From Amoebidium appalachense (taxonomy: Eukaryota > Protista > Ichthyosporea), in NCBI GenBank assembly GCA_963693365.1, contig CAVNZM010000003.1, positions 8,535,546-8,599,545 on the forward strand: DNA of 64,000 nucleotides, given 5' to 3'. Numbering within the stretch: position 1 is the first letter of the stretch; each line of letters opens with the position of its first letter. The position numbers were made by a program, and so were the translations under genes. Below, piece after piece: positions 35,481-48,849 of the stretch. The notes under the pieces are model-generated. The model saw only the letters and a program-made list of their open reading frames with translations. It did no database searches and was not told the origin of the DNA.

Positions 35481-36925
35481 GTTGGAAATTTGTAGGGTGA
35501 GCAAACAGAAAGTTTTGTTTTGCATTGATGCAAGTGAGCGTGTTCGCAAGCATTTTATACTGGAGGCGGTTGGCGCATGTACGCGCATGGAGCACACAAA
35601 TCCTTCTGGAGCTCGCGGAAATATGGAAAAAGCAAAATGTGAGAAGAATCTGTATTTTGAGATTGTGGGGTAGCATGACAAGTGAAGTTGTGGCACTGCG
35701 CAGGTGGTGCCTTTCACGTTACAGCCAATAAAGATAGTTGTTTAACTAGTTTAACTAACTAGTTTAACTAACTAACTAAAATTAGAGTATACTCAATTCC
35801 ATACTTTTATTATGTATATTATGGCGTGGGTGCCAAGTTGGTGCCTTCTAATATAGTACAAGCTGGCCGGCCGGGGGGATAAATAAGTAAGTGGGTTCTT
35901 GAAAAAAAATTATAAATTACGCCCGATTTAAAATATTATAGATAACCCATCTAAACCAAATTTGGAAGTTAGGACACCGACTTCCAGTTTCCTGTTTTGG
36001 TGGTGTGAGAGCCCATTTTGATTGGCTTACGTAGCGAGCGGCAGTCGACATGATTGGTGGCAGGGAGCTGCCTTGGGGATCTGATCAGATCTAGAAACAA
36101 GGTTCCCCCAAAATATTGTAAATTTGTTTTGCTGTGAATCAGAACTGACGCGGGGGGTTTATGCACTTTGTATTGCTGCGTTAGAAACAGCTTAGATTTC
36201 AATAAAATACAGAAAACATCAAACTACTCTCAAAAGGTGTTACTGATTGTTTATATATTGGAATATTTATCACTACTGAAAAATCTCCCCATCAAAACTT
36301 TCTTGGTGATTCAAAATTTTTAGGACCCCCAGTGAATGGAGCTATTAAGTCACAGTTGTTCCGTACACGTGTGACTGCAGCTGTTCACTGTGTTCAAGTG
36401 CTACAAACCGGGTACGTGTCAGTACGGTGTCGACAGGATGACTTGCCACGGCCAATGTTAAATTGAGTAGAGCAATTTTTGCCCTTGCACCTGTTTCCAC
36501 TACCTCTGTTGGCTCGGGAGTCATGCGCTCTTATTCCCAACTTACTTGGTCACCAAGTGACAGCCGGTCAGAAGATACATGCCAGTGTTCCATATATTAC
36601 ATGCACATGAGGCCTCGGAGCTGTGCTCCTTTTATTTTACAACGATTTCCCAATTTCTAAGCCCGTAAACCAACATTCGTTTTGTTTCTCTCTCACAGGG
36701 TGCACAAGGCATTGCGATGCTACGCCGTGTGCCATATATAGAGGGGCCTGCGAGGGTGATTCCGATTGAGCCCCTGCGTAGAACCGCGGGGGAAGGATAC
36801 GGAAGAAACAAAGGAAGGCATACATGCCAGTGGGGGTATGGGGTCAGATGGGCGAAAGAGAGCGAGAGAGAGGGGAGGACGGGAGAGAAACTAATTGTCA
36901 GGGTTAGAGGGACTCTCGGTGCATA

Positions 36926-36982
<57 letters not shown>

Positions 36983-37713
36983 GCACTCTTTCGCCCCAAT
37001 TCTTGGAACCGGAAACGGTAGTGGCAGGGAGGGCTGGGCGGGTGGACGGGCGGGTGGGCGGTCGCGGGGAAGGGAGGGGCTGGGAGATGTGGGTGAGAGA
37101 TGGGGCGCAGGGACGTCGAAAACTTACTGCACAACGGCTTCAACACCATCTGCCCCTGCCTTCCCTAGCCCCCCAATGGCCAGCAGTACCCCAGGCCGCA
37201 CTGGCCGTGGGTATTGGAAGACTCGCGATCGGTTGTTGCTCATGTGTAGCCCTACCACATGTAAAAAAGTGCGCAAGCAAATGCAGCTATAGGAAGTAAC
37301 GGGGTGGGAGGGAATGTGAGCTGTGTGTGTGTGAACAGCCAGAGAAAAAGAAAACGAATATCCCGCCAACAGTCCTGCGGCCACGGAAGATGCGTGGGTT
37401 TTTTTGGTTTTTGTTTTTTCTTTTTGGAAGAGGGGGGGGGTTACCTTTCTATTTAAAACTTATTCCATACCGCCGGCGCCGGCTTTCGAATGGGTACGAG
37501 GCCCTCACAGGAGCCAACTAACAGTTAAGTATCATAGTACACGAACCGGGCAGACTGAGCCGCAACTCGGATACGGCAGAACAGGTGTACCTAACAAGTT
37601 GAACACACGTGATGCTTTACAGGAAGCAATATGAAACTAATATTAGTTGGGTTAGTACGTTAATGAAGCATGATTTTGAAACGGGGAAGGAGGGGTTGAA
37701 AGGGGGAGGGGAG

Positions 37714-37747
<34 letters not shown>

Positions 37748-38276
37748 CACCCCCTTTGGATGGGTTGGGCCCCCGGGGGGCTTCCCCCCCTTAGCCTACG
37801 GTTAAGGGCGCGGGCGGGGGCGGGGAGAAGCGGGAACCCGCCACCCATTTGAGTAGCCCCCCCCCCCCTCCCCCTCCCCACCCACACACACACATACACA
37901 CACACACACACAGGCAATATAATGAACGATTGAATGAATGAATAAAAGCGACTGAATGAACGAAAGAATGAATGAATGAATGCCAGGCTGAAACTCAGCC
38001 TGGCGAAACAGTTTTGAAACACCACAGGCATCCTCCCCCCCCGCTTCCCCCTCCTCCTGGCCTGATTAGGGGCCCCCGCCTCCTGTCTCCCCACGGCACC
38101 TGCACGCACACACACATACTGTATGCGCACACACACTCAACCGTATTTTACACGTACCTACACACACACGTACCACACACGGGAAGGTCCATTGAACTTT
38201 CGAAAGTGCCGCAGGCAATCCTCCTATGATAACTAATCATTCAACTGCATATGAAATAACGCACACACAGGAAACC

Positions 38277-38327
38277 TGACATATACTAATCCGTCTCAGC
38301 AGATTAGCCTAAGTCTACGATCGAGAT

Positions 38328-38382
<55 letters not shown>

Positions 38383-39023
38383 GGCCCGGGTCCACAGATC
38401 ATCAAGATCAAGTCCGGGGCCTCAAGATAGCTGTACAGCTGCGTGCATCTTGCCTCTGCCGGCGCAGGGCATTGGACCACGTCAGCCGGGACAGCCGTCC
38501 AATAGAATTCTAATTAGTGTGTAGGATAGATCGTAGGAGGACTTAGGAATGTCATTGTTCGGGCAGAAGCCCTTTTGTAAGGATTGGCAAGGTTTGATAG
38601 TATATGTTGCCAAACGTATTTATATATTTAGATGTAGAGGAAAGGGGGGGAGGGAGGGGGGGGGAGGATAGTATGAAATGTAGATTTAGACTCTGCGGTG
38701 CCACTAGGGGGAGGGTGAGGGGTGAGACTTGGATAAATATATTAGTTGAGTAGATCGACTTAGCTCGTGCAGGCGCACGATAAAAGTAGATCGGAATGTT
38801 AATGGAATGTGGCATCGTAGGGGGCCAGGTGATGATGATCTTGTAGGGCACGGCCTTGATGGCCTCAGTCGTAACTTAGACTCAATCCGTACGGATCTAA
38901 GTTTGCCCGTCGGAGCCTGGTCTTAATAAACTTTACCGTTTTTCTGTACACGTTCGTTCCTTTTCGTGTGTGTACACTTAGTAGAGTGCCGCGTCTCTAG
39001 TACACATACATTAGGATACGACA
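38277..39023 (+). mobile_element. Solo LTR of chromovirus family 1
   Basis: TGACATATAC…GATACGACA; reverse-complement match to LTRs at 40127-40851 and 47772-48487. 5-bp TSD AAACC (38272-38276, 39024-39028). Confidence 0.95.
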
Positions 39024-39373
39024 AAACCTTCTTCCCATTCGCCCACTCTCTCCAAAAGGGTTGGGCCTGGTGAGGATGGAAAAGAGGGGGGGAGGGGGGG
39101 AGGGGGATTGGTTCAATCGGTCACACATTATACTGTGATAGAAATGGTAAAGCAAGATGATCGGATCACTAATTAATACTTTGCCTGTCGGTGGGTTTGT
39201 TTCTGCGTGTGCATGCATGCAGCCTCCTGTGTGCCTTGGACTGTATTTTTTTTGCCGAGGTGTTTTTAGGAGATCTCGCCAGTCGTGGGAAGATGTTTGT
39301 GTTGGGTGGGGGACTGAGGGGGAGGGGGGGATGCGACATGCAAATAATCCTCCGCCCCCCCTCCCTCCCCCCT

Positions 39374-39431
<58 letters not shown>

Positions 39432-39728
39432 AACGTTAGAGTATAATCAACCATTTGTGCGGCCTAGTGGTTTTGCAAAACTTATTGGAAGCACTGCCCC
39501 GATCTTGGGCGTGCATGGCTTACTGCATTTTTCATCACGGCCACACACTAGGCGAGAGGCGCCGCAGGGTAACCCCTGACGTGGGAACTTCTCATTAATC
39601 AAGATGAAGAGAAGGGCCTGTTACAAGCAGGAGGGGTTGGGAAGGCGGGAAGAGGTGAGAATGTGTCTGCAGGTAACTGACATATACTAATCCGTCTCAG
39701 CAGATCAGCCTAAGTCTACGATCGAGAT

Positions 39729-39766
<38 letters not shown>

Positions 39767-40768
39767 GGCCCGGGTCCACAGATCATCAAGATCAAGTCCG
39801 GGGCCTCAAGATAGCTGTACAGCTGCGTGCATCTTGCCTCTGCCGGCGCAGGGCAGGACCTTTGAAAATATTGGCAAGTTTTGATAGTGTATGCTGCCAA
39901 ACGTATTTATATATTTCGATGTAGAAGAAAGGGGGGAGGGAGGGGGGGAGGGGATAGTATGAAATGTAGAATTAGACTCTGCGGTGCCACTAGGGGAAGG
40001 GAGAGGGGTGAGACTGGAAAAATATATTAGTGTGAGCCGATCGACTTAGCTCGTGCAGGCGCACGATAAAGTAGATCGGAATGTATGGAATGTGGCATGG
40101 TAGGGGGGCCAGGTGATGATGATCTTTGTCGTATCCTAATATATGTGTACTAGAGACGCGGCACTCTACTAAGTGTACACACACGAAAAGGAACGAACGT
40201 GTACAGAAAAACGGTAAAGTTTATTACGACCAGGCTCCGACGGGCAAACTTAGATCCGTACGGATTGAGTCTAAGTTACGACTGAGGCCATCAAGGCCGT
40301 GCCCTACAAGATCATCATCACCTGGCCCCCTACGATGCCACATTCCATTAACATTCCGATCTACTTTTATCGTGCGCCTGCACGAGCTAAGTCGATCTAC
40401 TCAACTAATATATTTATCCAAGTCTCACCCCTCACCCTCCCCCTAGTGGCACCGCAGAGTCTAAATCTACATTTCATACTATCCTCCCCCCCCCTCCCTC
40501 CCCCCCTTTCCTCTACATCTACATATATAAATACGTTTGGCAACATATACTATCAAACCTTGCCAATCCTTACAAAAGGGCTTCTGCCCGAACAATGACA
40601 TTCCTAAGTCCTCCTACGATCTATCCTACACACTAATTAGAATTCTATTGGTCGGCTGTCCCAGCTGACGTGGTCCTGCCCTGCGCCGGCAGAGGCAAGA
40701 TGATGCACGCAGCTGCACAGCTATCTTGAGGCCCCGGACTTGATCTTGATGATCTGTGGACCCGGGCC

Positions 40769-40800
<32 letters not shown>

Positions 40801-41118
40801 ATCTCGATCGTAGACTTAGGCTAATCTGCTGAGACGGATTAGTATATGTCAACTCCCCCCCCGGCCCCCGGAAAAGCTGAGTCCCACCTCAGTCACATTA
40901 CATCTAACACCCCCTAAAAAGACATAGACTAATCAGTCTCCTAAAAAAATTAAATTAAATAAATTACGAAGAAAAATAATAAATTAATCTACACCATAAG
41001 CTTGATACCTACGGAGACACCTATGATAATAAATTAAATTCCTACGACTACGTTCACACTCCTCCTCGGTCTCCTCCCCCCCCTCCCCCCTCCCCCCGTG
41101 TGTCTACGTGTATTTGCA

Positions 41119-44100
41119 TCACTCCCCCCCCCCGGCCCCCTCCCCCACCGACTTTTTCACACCACGATTAAACTGAGGAATAACTCTCTTTGGCCGAGAG
41201 GGAGCACTAGGCAACTCCCTCTGCACTAATCTAGCCTCATAAGCACGAATAGAAAACGGGCAATCCAAATGAAACTCAGGCAACCACTGATCTTCCTGAT
41301 AACCTCCCTCAAAACGAATTAAATAATAATTTACCTTACCTTCCTTACCTTCGATAACCTTTTTATCCATAATTTTATCTACTGCAGCCTCCGATACATC
41401 CACCGACCCGTCATAGTCGGGGGTGAATGCATCTAACACTCGACGGCCCTCCGGCCGTTTAACCCTAAGGGCCCTATCATAATATTCCTTTATATCATCT
41501 ACATTATAAAATCTAACATCACTCTCATTATCTAACCTCTGCACCTTATATTCCGTCGGACCTAACCTAGCCACTATTTTATACGGGCCAATGAAAAGAG
41601 GCAACCTTTTCTTACCATACTTACGAAGACCTTCACCTTCACCCTTACCTTCCTGCTCCTGCTTATATCTCTTTTTCCTAGTATGATCCCTAATTAAAAC
41701 TAAAGTACCCTCGGCAAATTCACGTAACGGACGTGTGGACACGTCTGCACGTGTCTGTGCCTGCTGTGTACGGGCCAGAGCTGCATCACGTGCAGCCCGG
41801 GCCCGGGTTAGTAGCTGCTCCCGGAACTCAGTCCAGTGGGGATAGGTTAGTCGGTCAGCCCCCCCCATCGGCAAAAGTGCCGTATCTAACAAACTAATAG
41901 CCTCCTGCCCATAGACCAAATAAAACGGAGAAAAACCAGTCACGGCATGAGGGGTAGAATTATATGAATGAGCAATATACCTAGACATATGATCCCAATC
42001 ATTAGCCTCCACATCCACCATTTTGCCAAAGGACTTCTGAAACACTGCATGCACACGTTCAGAGATGGCATTTGCTTGAGGGTGATATGCAGACGTAGTG
42101 ATATGAGCTACCCTTAAAATTTTACACACCTCCGACACCAACTGATTTAAAAACACACGACTCCTATCCGTTAACAAAACACGAGGACAACCAAACCTAA
42201 GACAAATTTCATCCACAAAAATACGAGCAAACAAAACGGCATTAGCAGTGGGGAGAGGAAAAACTTCAACCCAACGAGTGGCCACATCGGTGACGGTAAC
42301 AAGAACAGTGTTACCCTCAACCGTAGAATTAAAAGGACCGACCACATCCACTGCTACCCTTTCAAACATACGAACATTAAAATCCCTAATAAACGACGGG
42401 CGGGAACGAGAGTGGGGACTCTCATTCCTTTCCTGACAATGCATGCATGACAACACATAATCCCTCACCTCCCTACTCATACCCGGCCAAAAATACGAAC
42501 GATTAACACGAAGCAACGTCCTATTTACACCTAAATGACCAGCCATGGGATGCTCATGCACCATATGCAAAACCTCAGGCACAAGTGCCGTCGGGACCCA
42601 AACTCGGTGTCCGTCTGGCCCAGAACAATGATAAACTAAATCCTGCTCTACCTGACACATTTTTGCTAACTTAGCTACCTTAATCATCTGCCTTTTATTT
42701 TTAAATTTAATCGAATCAACCGGCCCCTTTAAATAATTCTTAACCAGACCAATCAACACATCTTCCTCCTGAGCTAAGATCAAAGCCGTAGGTGCTAAGG
42801 CAGGGGCCGAACCATGAGACTCGGTCCCGACCTCAGACACTGACAAATACCTCCCCCCCCCTCCCCTACACTTATAAGCAAGCAACCCTGGAGCCCAAGA
42901 AGACACATCAACAGACACAGCATCTATTCCTTTCTGCTCACTCTCCCCCCCCTTCCCCCCCCTCCCCCCCCCGTCTCTCACTAGCCCCCCCTCCCCCTCC
43001 TTCTCTTCTTCAAACAAAATATAAGCAGCACGAGAGAGAGCATCACAGTCAACCATTGTTTCACCCTTGGCATAAAACAATTTATAGGAGAACTCACCGA
43101 GAGCCGCGGCCCACTTCTGCATCCTCTCGTTGACCAGACGAGTGGTGCCGGCCATGGCTAGGCAGGGCTTGTGGTCGGTGTAGACCTCAAACGTCCTGCC
43201 TGCGAGTATGTACCTCCATGCCTGTGAGACTGCCCAAAAGATAGCATGGGACTCTCTCTCTGGATTGCTATATCTACGTTCACTTTTACTAAATGAACGA
43301 CTAGCATAAGCAATCACTCTATCCTGCCCCTCCTGCACTTGATATAACACGGCCCCCTCAGCAACCTTACTTGCATCACACCGAACTTTAAACATCCCCC
43401 CCCCGGCCGAAAAATCAGGATGAACAAGCATACTCGAAGACTGCAAAGCTAACTTAAGCTTTTCGAAAGCAGAAACAGCATCAACATTCCAATCTATTCT
43501 ATTCTTCTTCTCCCCCCCCGTCTGACTAGTTAACGGCAAAGCAAGCATACTATAATCCTTAATATAACGACGAAGATAATTAGTTAAACCTAAAAACTGC
43601 CTTAGTTGAGTGACAGTCTGAGGACGGGGCCACTCAACTATGGCCCGGATTTTCTCCGGATCAGGGGAAAGACCATTACTAGACACAATATGACCTAAAA
43701 ACTTAACCTCCGGCACACCAATCACAATCTTGCTACCGCTAATACGAAGACCAGACTCACCCAAAGCTAACAATACTTTTTCACAATTATTAACTAACTC
43801 CTCAAATGACCTACCTTTAATTAAAACATCATCCAAATAAGGGTGGCATACATCCAAATGAGGGTGGAGAATTTTATACATTACCCGGCACAACATAGCT
43901 GGAGAGGAGAGCAAACCCATCGGCACCACCTTGTACTGGAACAGCTGGTCACCCAGTGCAAAGGCAGTCTTCTCCTTGCTGCTCTCCTCCAACCTTATCT
44001 GCCAAAAAGCTGCTTTTAAATCAAGTTTAGCAAAGTGAGTATAGCCGTGCAGCTGTGAAAGCTGCTCGTCTATGTTAGGGAGAGGCCATTGGTCTGCCTT

Positions 44101-46270
44101 AGTGATCCGATTCAGAGCCCTGTAATCGTTCACTAGACGCCAAGACCCGTCGGGCTTCTTAACCAATAGCACCGGACTTCTCCACGGACTCGAACTATGC
44201 TCCACATGACCCTTTTTTAACATATCACTCACTATTATTAGCGCATCCGACAATTTATACTGCTCCATTCTATAGCTAGGCATCACTACCGGCCTATTAT
44301 CACCTGTGTCGATCTGCATTTCAAACCCTTTAACGAAGCCTACTTCGTTATCATCGGCCAGAAATGCAAACCGAGTCCTATCAAATAACTTAGCTAATAA
44401 CTGTTTCTGCTCCACCGTCCAATCCCCCTCCTTCATACCAAACGGCAATACTAACTCCGGGTTACCCCCATCACAAGTGGATGCATCCTTATTCACCGGA
44501 GTGCCACTTAACATTTCACCTCCTGTATTACATCGGTGCTGCTCGGGGTGAGGTTGAGGTACCTCCGGATATAGGCGGTCACCCTTAGCACCCCCCTCCC
44601 CCCGGCACACCAATGCCCCCGGGCAATTCCTGATGAGTTAGTGCATGTATGTGGGGGGCCAGGTCTGTGGCCACCCTGCCCCCCACGGTGTTGGTTAACC
44701 CGTCAGATCCACGGGTTAGACCAACACCCTCCCCCCTTGCCTGCACATTCTCACACCCGGGGTGACCCTCCTTCCTCTTGGGGGTCGGGGGAGTGGGACC
44801 GGTGCTGTCCCGGTCCCCCCCCCCATCGTGTCGGGTGACAGTTTGGTGGCTAACGTTAAATAAAGTTGTTCCCCCTCCTCCTGAGTCACCCTTCGAGCCG
44901 GCATCCTCCTTTTGGGTAATAAGAGAGACCTCTATACTACCAATCTCATTAGTGAAACTACCGACGGAAACACCTGACCTAATCACTATAGGCTCGATGC
45001 CCGGATTCACTAAATCTATTTCTATTGTCTTATCCGGCCATACCCTACTAAGGGTCCATTGGGCCACCTCCTGAAATGGGGTTTTCGGAGTAAAAACCCC
45101 TAAATCCCCTATCCTAACATGATTGCCGGCCCGGACACGTACCGTTTGGCACTGATAAGGCTCGATTACTACTTCAGCTACCGTTCTAGCACCAGACTGA
45201 TAACCGTCGAGCCCCTCATGGGTTTTAATTTTAACGCCGGACTGCAATTCTAAAACATTCGTACGTTCAAACAAAGCATTCACATGTCTACGGAAAAATG
45301 GGGCTCCCAACAAAACACTTTGAGCTAAATCCTTAACCACATAACAAGCAACATGCATAGCCTGGCCACCTATCTCACACGGCAACACACAAACACCTTC
45401 CACAGACATACTACTATTATTAGCACTACCTAAGGCTGTGCTAGAAGCATCTAAAATAGGAATTTCCCCCCGGCCTGATTAAAACGACGAATAAACGAAG
45501 CATGCACACAATTAACCTGAGCCCCTCCATCGAGCAAAGCAACAGCCTTCAACTTACCATCAGCTAACCATACGTCTATATAATGCCGGCTAAAACCAAC
45601 TAAATCCTCCTCCAATTCAAGCAACACATCATCACTCACACCCAATCCCTGCCCACGAAGACTCACACCCTCGATACCTACGTGCAGCATACCTACCTGT
45701 GGTGCCTGCACGGGTGGGGTGGGGTGTGTATGTGATGTGGGTGGTGGTGGAGTGTGTGTGTGTGATGTGTGGGTGGGTGGTGTGTGTGTGTTTGGTGTAT
45801 GTGTGGGTGTGTGTGTGGGTGTAGGTGTGTCTGCAACCGTCGTATTGTGTTGTGGTGGTGTGTTTCTACGTGTCTGTGCCTTCCCCCCCTTCCCCCTTTA
45901 CTCGTGTGTGTCCCCCCCTTCCCGGAAACAATGGCACAGAAACCCCCTCCGGTGTGGTTAGAATAAACACCGGGTTGGGACAAGAAACACTGAGACCATC
46001 CACTTGTGGCTGGGGAACCTCCCCCAACCACAAAACATTCACACCATTCATACCTTTGGTAGAGTCACCCCACAAACATTCATGCCATACCACCTCGACG
46101 CTGTCTTGAGGACCCACGACGATTCCCGGCTCCCACACGTATCGGGGCGGTGAGGGGGCAAAGGGAAGCTTAACCTGGGGTGGGGGAGGGTGAAGGTTCT
46201 CTGCAACCTGGGGGGGACCGATACTGTCCCCCCCCCCCTCCCTCAGTGACCCCAGCTTCCCCCTCCCCCG
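41119..46270 (-). CDS. pol: Pol of the chromovirus: aspartic protease, RT, RNase H, integrase, chromodomain (frame breaks at G runs)
   Basis: Protease LLDGGAQVNCV…LLGAPF; RT SPVLLVKKPDGSWRLVNDYRALN, PMGL, YLDD; RNase H CDAS…YTDHKP; integrase HHCC, VAVDVVGP, TDRS, ISERVH, GPY; chromodomain VDKIMDKK…YYLIRFEG..EDQWLPE. 41119-44613 is uninterrupted; breaks at ~45880, ~45465, ~44600. Confidence 0.92.
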
Positions 46271-46274
46271 GAAC

Positions 46275-47611
46275 TCAATAGCTCTTGTAACTACGGCAAT
46301 ATGCAGCAGAGTGCCCTTGCCGGCCACAAAAGTAACATGCACCAAAGAAGGGGCCAGGGGGGACTTCAAAACCTTGGCGCAAAGCATAACCGGGAGCCCG
46401 GTCATGCTGGGGGGGCCCACCGTGTGCACCACGGCCCCCCCTTCCCCCCCCTGCCCCCCTCGGCCTCTCTCACCACCATTTCCACCCCTCCCTCTACCCT
46501 GCCCAGCACCACGAGCAAGATAAGGGGCAAACCTCTCGGTGAACTGCTGCTGCTGTCCTCCACGTCCACCTCGGCCACGACCGCCGTGTCCACCCCGGTC
46601 GCCGCCACGGCCACCCCGGAAGCCGAAGCCCCCTCGGCCAGAAAAGACGGCCTGGGAGAGCTCGGCAACCTGCTTGACCAACATGGTGAGTGCATCTGGC
46701 TGTTCACCCTCTTTTTTCTCTTTTTCCCCCTTCTGTCCACTCTCCTTCTTTTTCTTGTCTACTTCCATCACCTCCTTTTTATCCCTCTTATTGAACTTCA
46801 CCTCGTGCATGGCAAGCAAGTGACGTTTAACATGCAACACCACCTCATCTACATCATCATGCTCCCCAAACATGCGTGCAGTGTCTGTGTTTACAGAGAG
46901 AGCCTTACGAGCAAACTCGAATTTTTCCCTATCACTCACGTCACCAGCTAACTCACAAAGGTCCTCAAAGACCCGATATTCCCTCTCAAAGAATGCACGA
47001 GCTTCTACGGGGGACATATCTAAAGTGGGAAAGGTATACTTCCATTCTCTGAGCTGGGCCCGGAAGGTACGGCGCCGGTCGGCCGTCAGGTATCGGCCGA
47101 CGAGCCGGGCCGTATACTCGAGCTCGTTTTCCGGCCGTGTGAAGGCCTCGAGCTCCCCGTCCACGTCGTCGGTGCTGTTCTCGTCCTCGTCGTCGGGGAT
47201 GAACCGTGCGGCCAGACGTTTCTGGCCGAGCGTCCGGGACACCATCTCGTCCCTCCCCTCGTCGTACTGCTGCTCGTAAATACGAGCCGTCACCTGGGGG
47301 GCCTGCTCGGCCCGGTACGGGTGCTCCTCCATCAGGGTGCATAGGTCGGCCATTGTCTTGTGGTCGATGCACTGCTTTATCATTAAGCACGAGGCCGCCA
47401 CAGTGGGGGCCTTCTTTGTGTCTATTACTAGTGTGGGTGTGTTAGCTAGGAGTGTCCTAAGCCACCTAGGTATTTCCGAGTCGTGTTTGAGTGTAAAACT
47501 GAAAGCTGTGGTCTGTCTAACGTCTAGTGTATGAACCTGTGGGACCTGTGTGTGCAGGGAGCTATCCTCCGCTGCCAATGCGTAGAACATGTCTACGTTA
47601 AACTTAGCCAT
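46275..47611 (-). CDS. gag: Gag of the chromovirus (one frame break in a G run near 46440)
   Basis: MAKFNVDMFYA… with RGG-rich region. CCHC knuckle CYFCGRQGHSAAYC followed by TGA (46277-46275) lies in a shifted frame after the G runs at ~46435-46460. Confidence 0.8.
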
Positions 47612-47649
47612 TGTGTGGTGTGTGCCCGAACTCGTGTGGTTGTGTTTAT

Positions 47650-47682
<33 letters not shown>

Positions 47683-48849
47683 CTGTGTGTTTGAGGTGTA
47701 GCAACAGCCCAGAAGGAACTGTCACCGCGTTACCCTAGCGCGAAAAACCGCACTAAAAGAAAGGTGTAGCTTGTCGTATCCTAATATATGTGTACTAGAG
47801 ACGCGGCACTCTACTAAGTGTACACACACGAAAAGGAACGAACGTGTACAGAAAAACGGTAAAGTTTATTACGACCAGGCTCCGACGGGCAAACTTAGAT
47901 CCGTACGGATTGAGTCTAAGTTACGACTGAGGCCATCAAGGCCGTGCCCTACAAGATCATCATCACCTGGCCCCCTACGATGCCACATTCCATTAACATT
48001 CCGATCTACTTTTATCGTGCGCCTGCACGAGCTAAGTCGATCTACTCAACTAATATATTTATCCAAGTCTCACCCCTCACCCTCCCCCTAGTGGCACCGC
48101 AGAGTCTAAATCTACATTTCATACTATCCTCCCCCCCCCTCCCTCCCCCCCTTTCCTCTACATCTACATATATAAATACGTTTGGCAACATATACTATCA
48201 AACCTTGCCAATCCTTACAAAAGGGCTTCTGCCCGAACAATGACATTCCTAAGTCCTCCTACGATCTATCCTACACACTAATTAGAATTCTATTGGTCGG
48301 CTGTCCCAGCTGACGTGGTCCTGCCCTGCGCCGGCAGAGGCAAGATGATGCACGCAGCTGCACAGCTATCTTGAGGCCCCGGACTTGATCTTGATGATCT
48401 GTGGACCCGGGCCACCCCCCCCCCCCCCCCCCCCCGATCTCGATCGTAGACTTAGGCTAATCTGCTGAGACGGATTAGTATATGTCAATCTTGTAGGGCA
48501 CGGCCTTGATGGCCTCAGTTGTGACTTAGCCTCATTCCGTTCGGACCTAAGTCTGCCCGTCGGAGCCTGGTCTTAATAAACTTTACCGTTTTTTCAGTAC
48601 ACGTTTGTTCCTTTCCGTGTATGTACACTTAGAAGAGGGCCGCGTCTCTTAATGCATACACGTTAGGATACGACAAACTACACCTTTTCTTTTAGTGCGG
48701 TTTTTCGCGCTAGGTAAACGCGGTGACAGTTCCTTCTGGGCTGTTGCTACACCTTAGAAAAACAACGAGAAAAAAAAAAAACACACAAAAACAATCACAC
48801 AAGTAGGGCACACACAACACCATGGCTAAGTTCAACGTAGATATGTTCT

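Larger units (their letters stand above)
40127..48487 (-). mobile_element. Full-length Ty3/gypsy chromovirus LTR retrotransposon, recently inserted
   Basis: LTRs 47772-48487 and 40127-40851 (TG…CA) look identical except for poly-C length (21 vs 30). 5-bp TSD ATCTT (40122-40126, 48488-48492). G-rich PPT next to the 3' LTR (40852-40868). Order gag-PR-RT-RH-IN-chromodomain. Confidence 0.97.

Noticed and set aside
34651-35750. Cobalamin riboswitch in the introns or leader of the CBA1-like gene
   Set aside because: No B12-box or core consensus seen by eye; an Infernal scan would be needed to exclude it formally.
36460-37640. Possible minus-strand exons (e.g. ~37127-37287, ~36699-36775)
   Set aside because: Splice-like boundaries exist but the peptide has no recognisable homology and no complete model could be built.
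38552-48243. 99-aa and 106-aa ORFs repeated in the LTR copies
   Set aside because: Antisense within LTRs, non-ATG starts, disrupted in the older LTR; repetition only reflects LTR identity.
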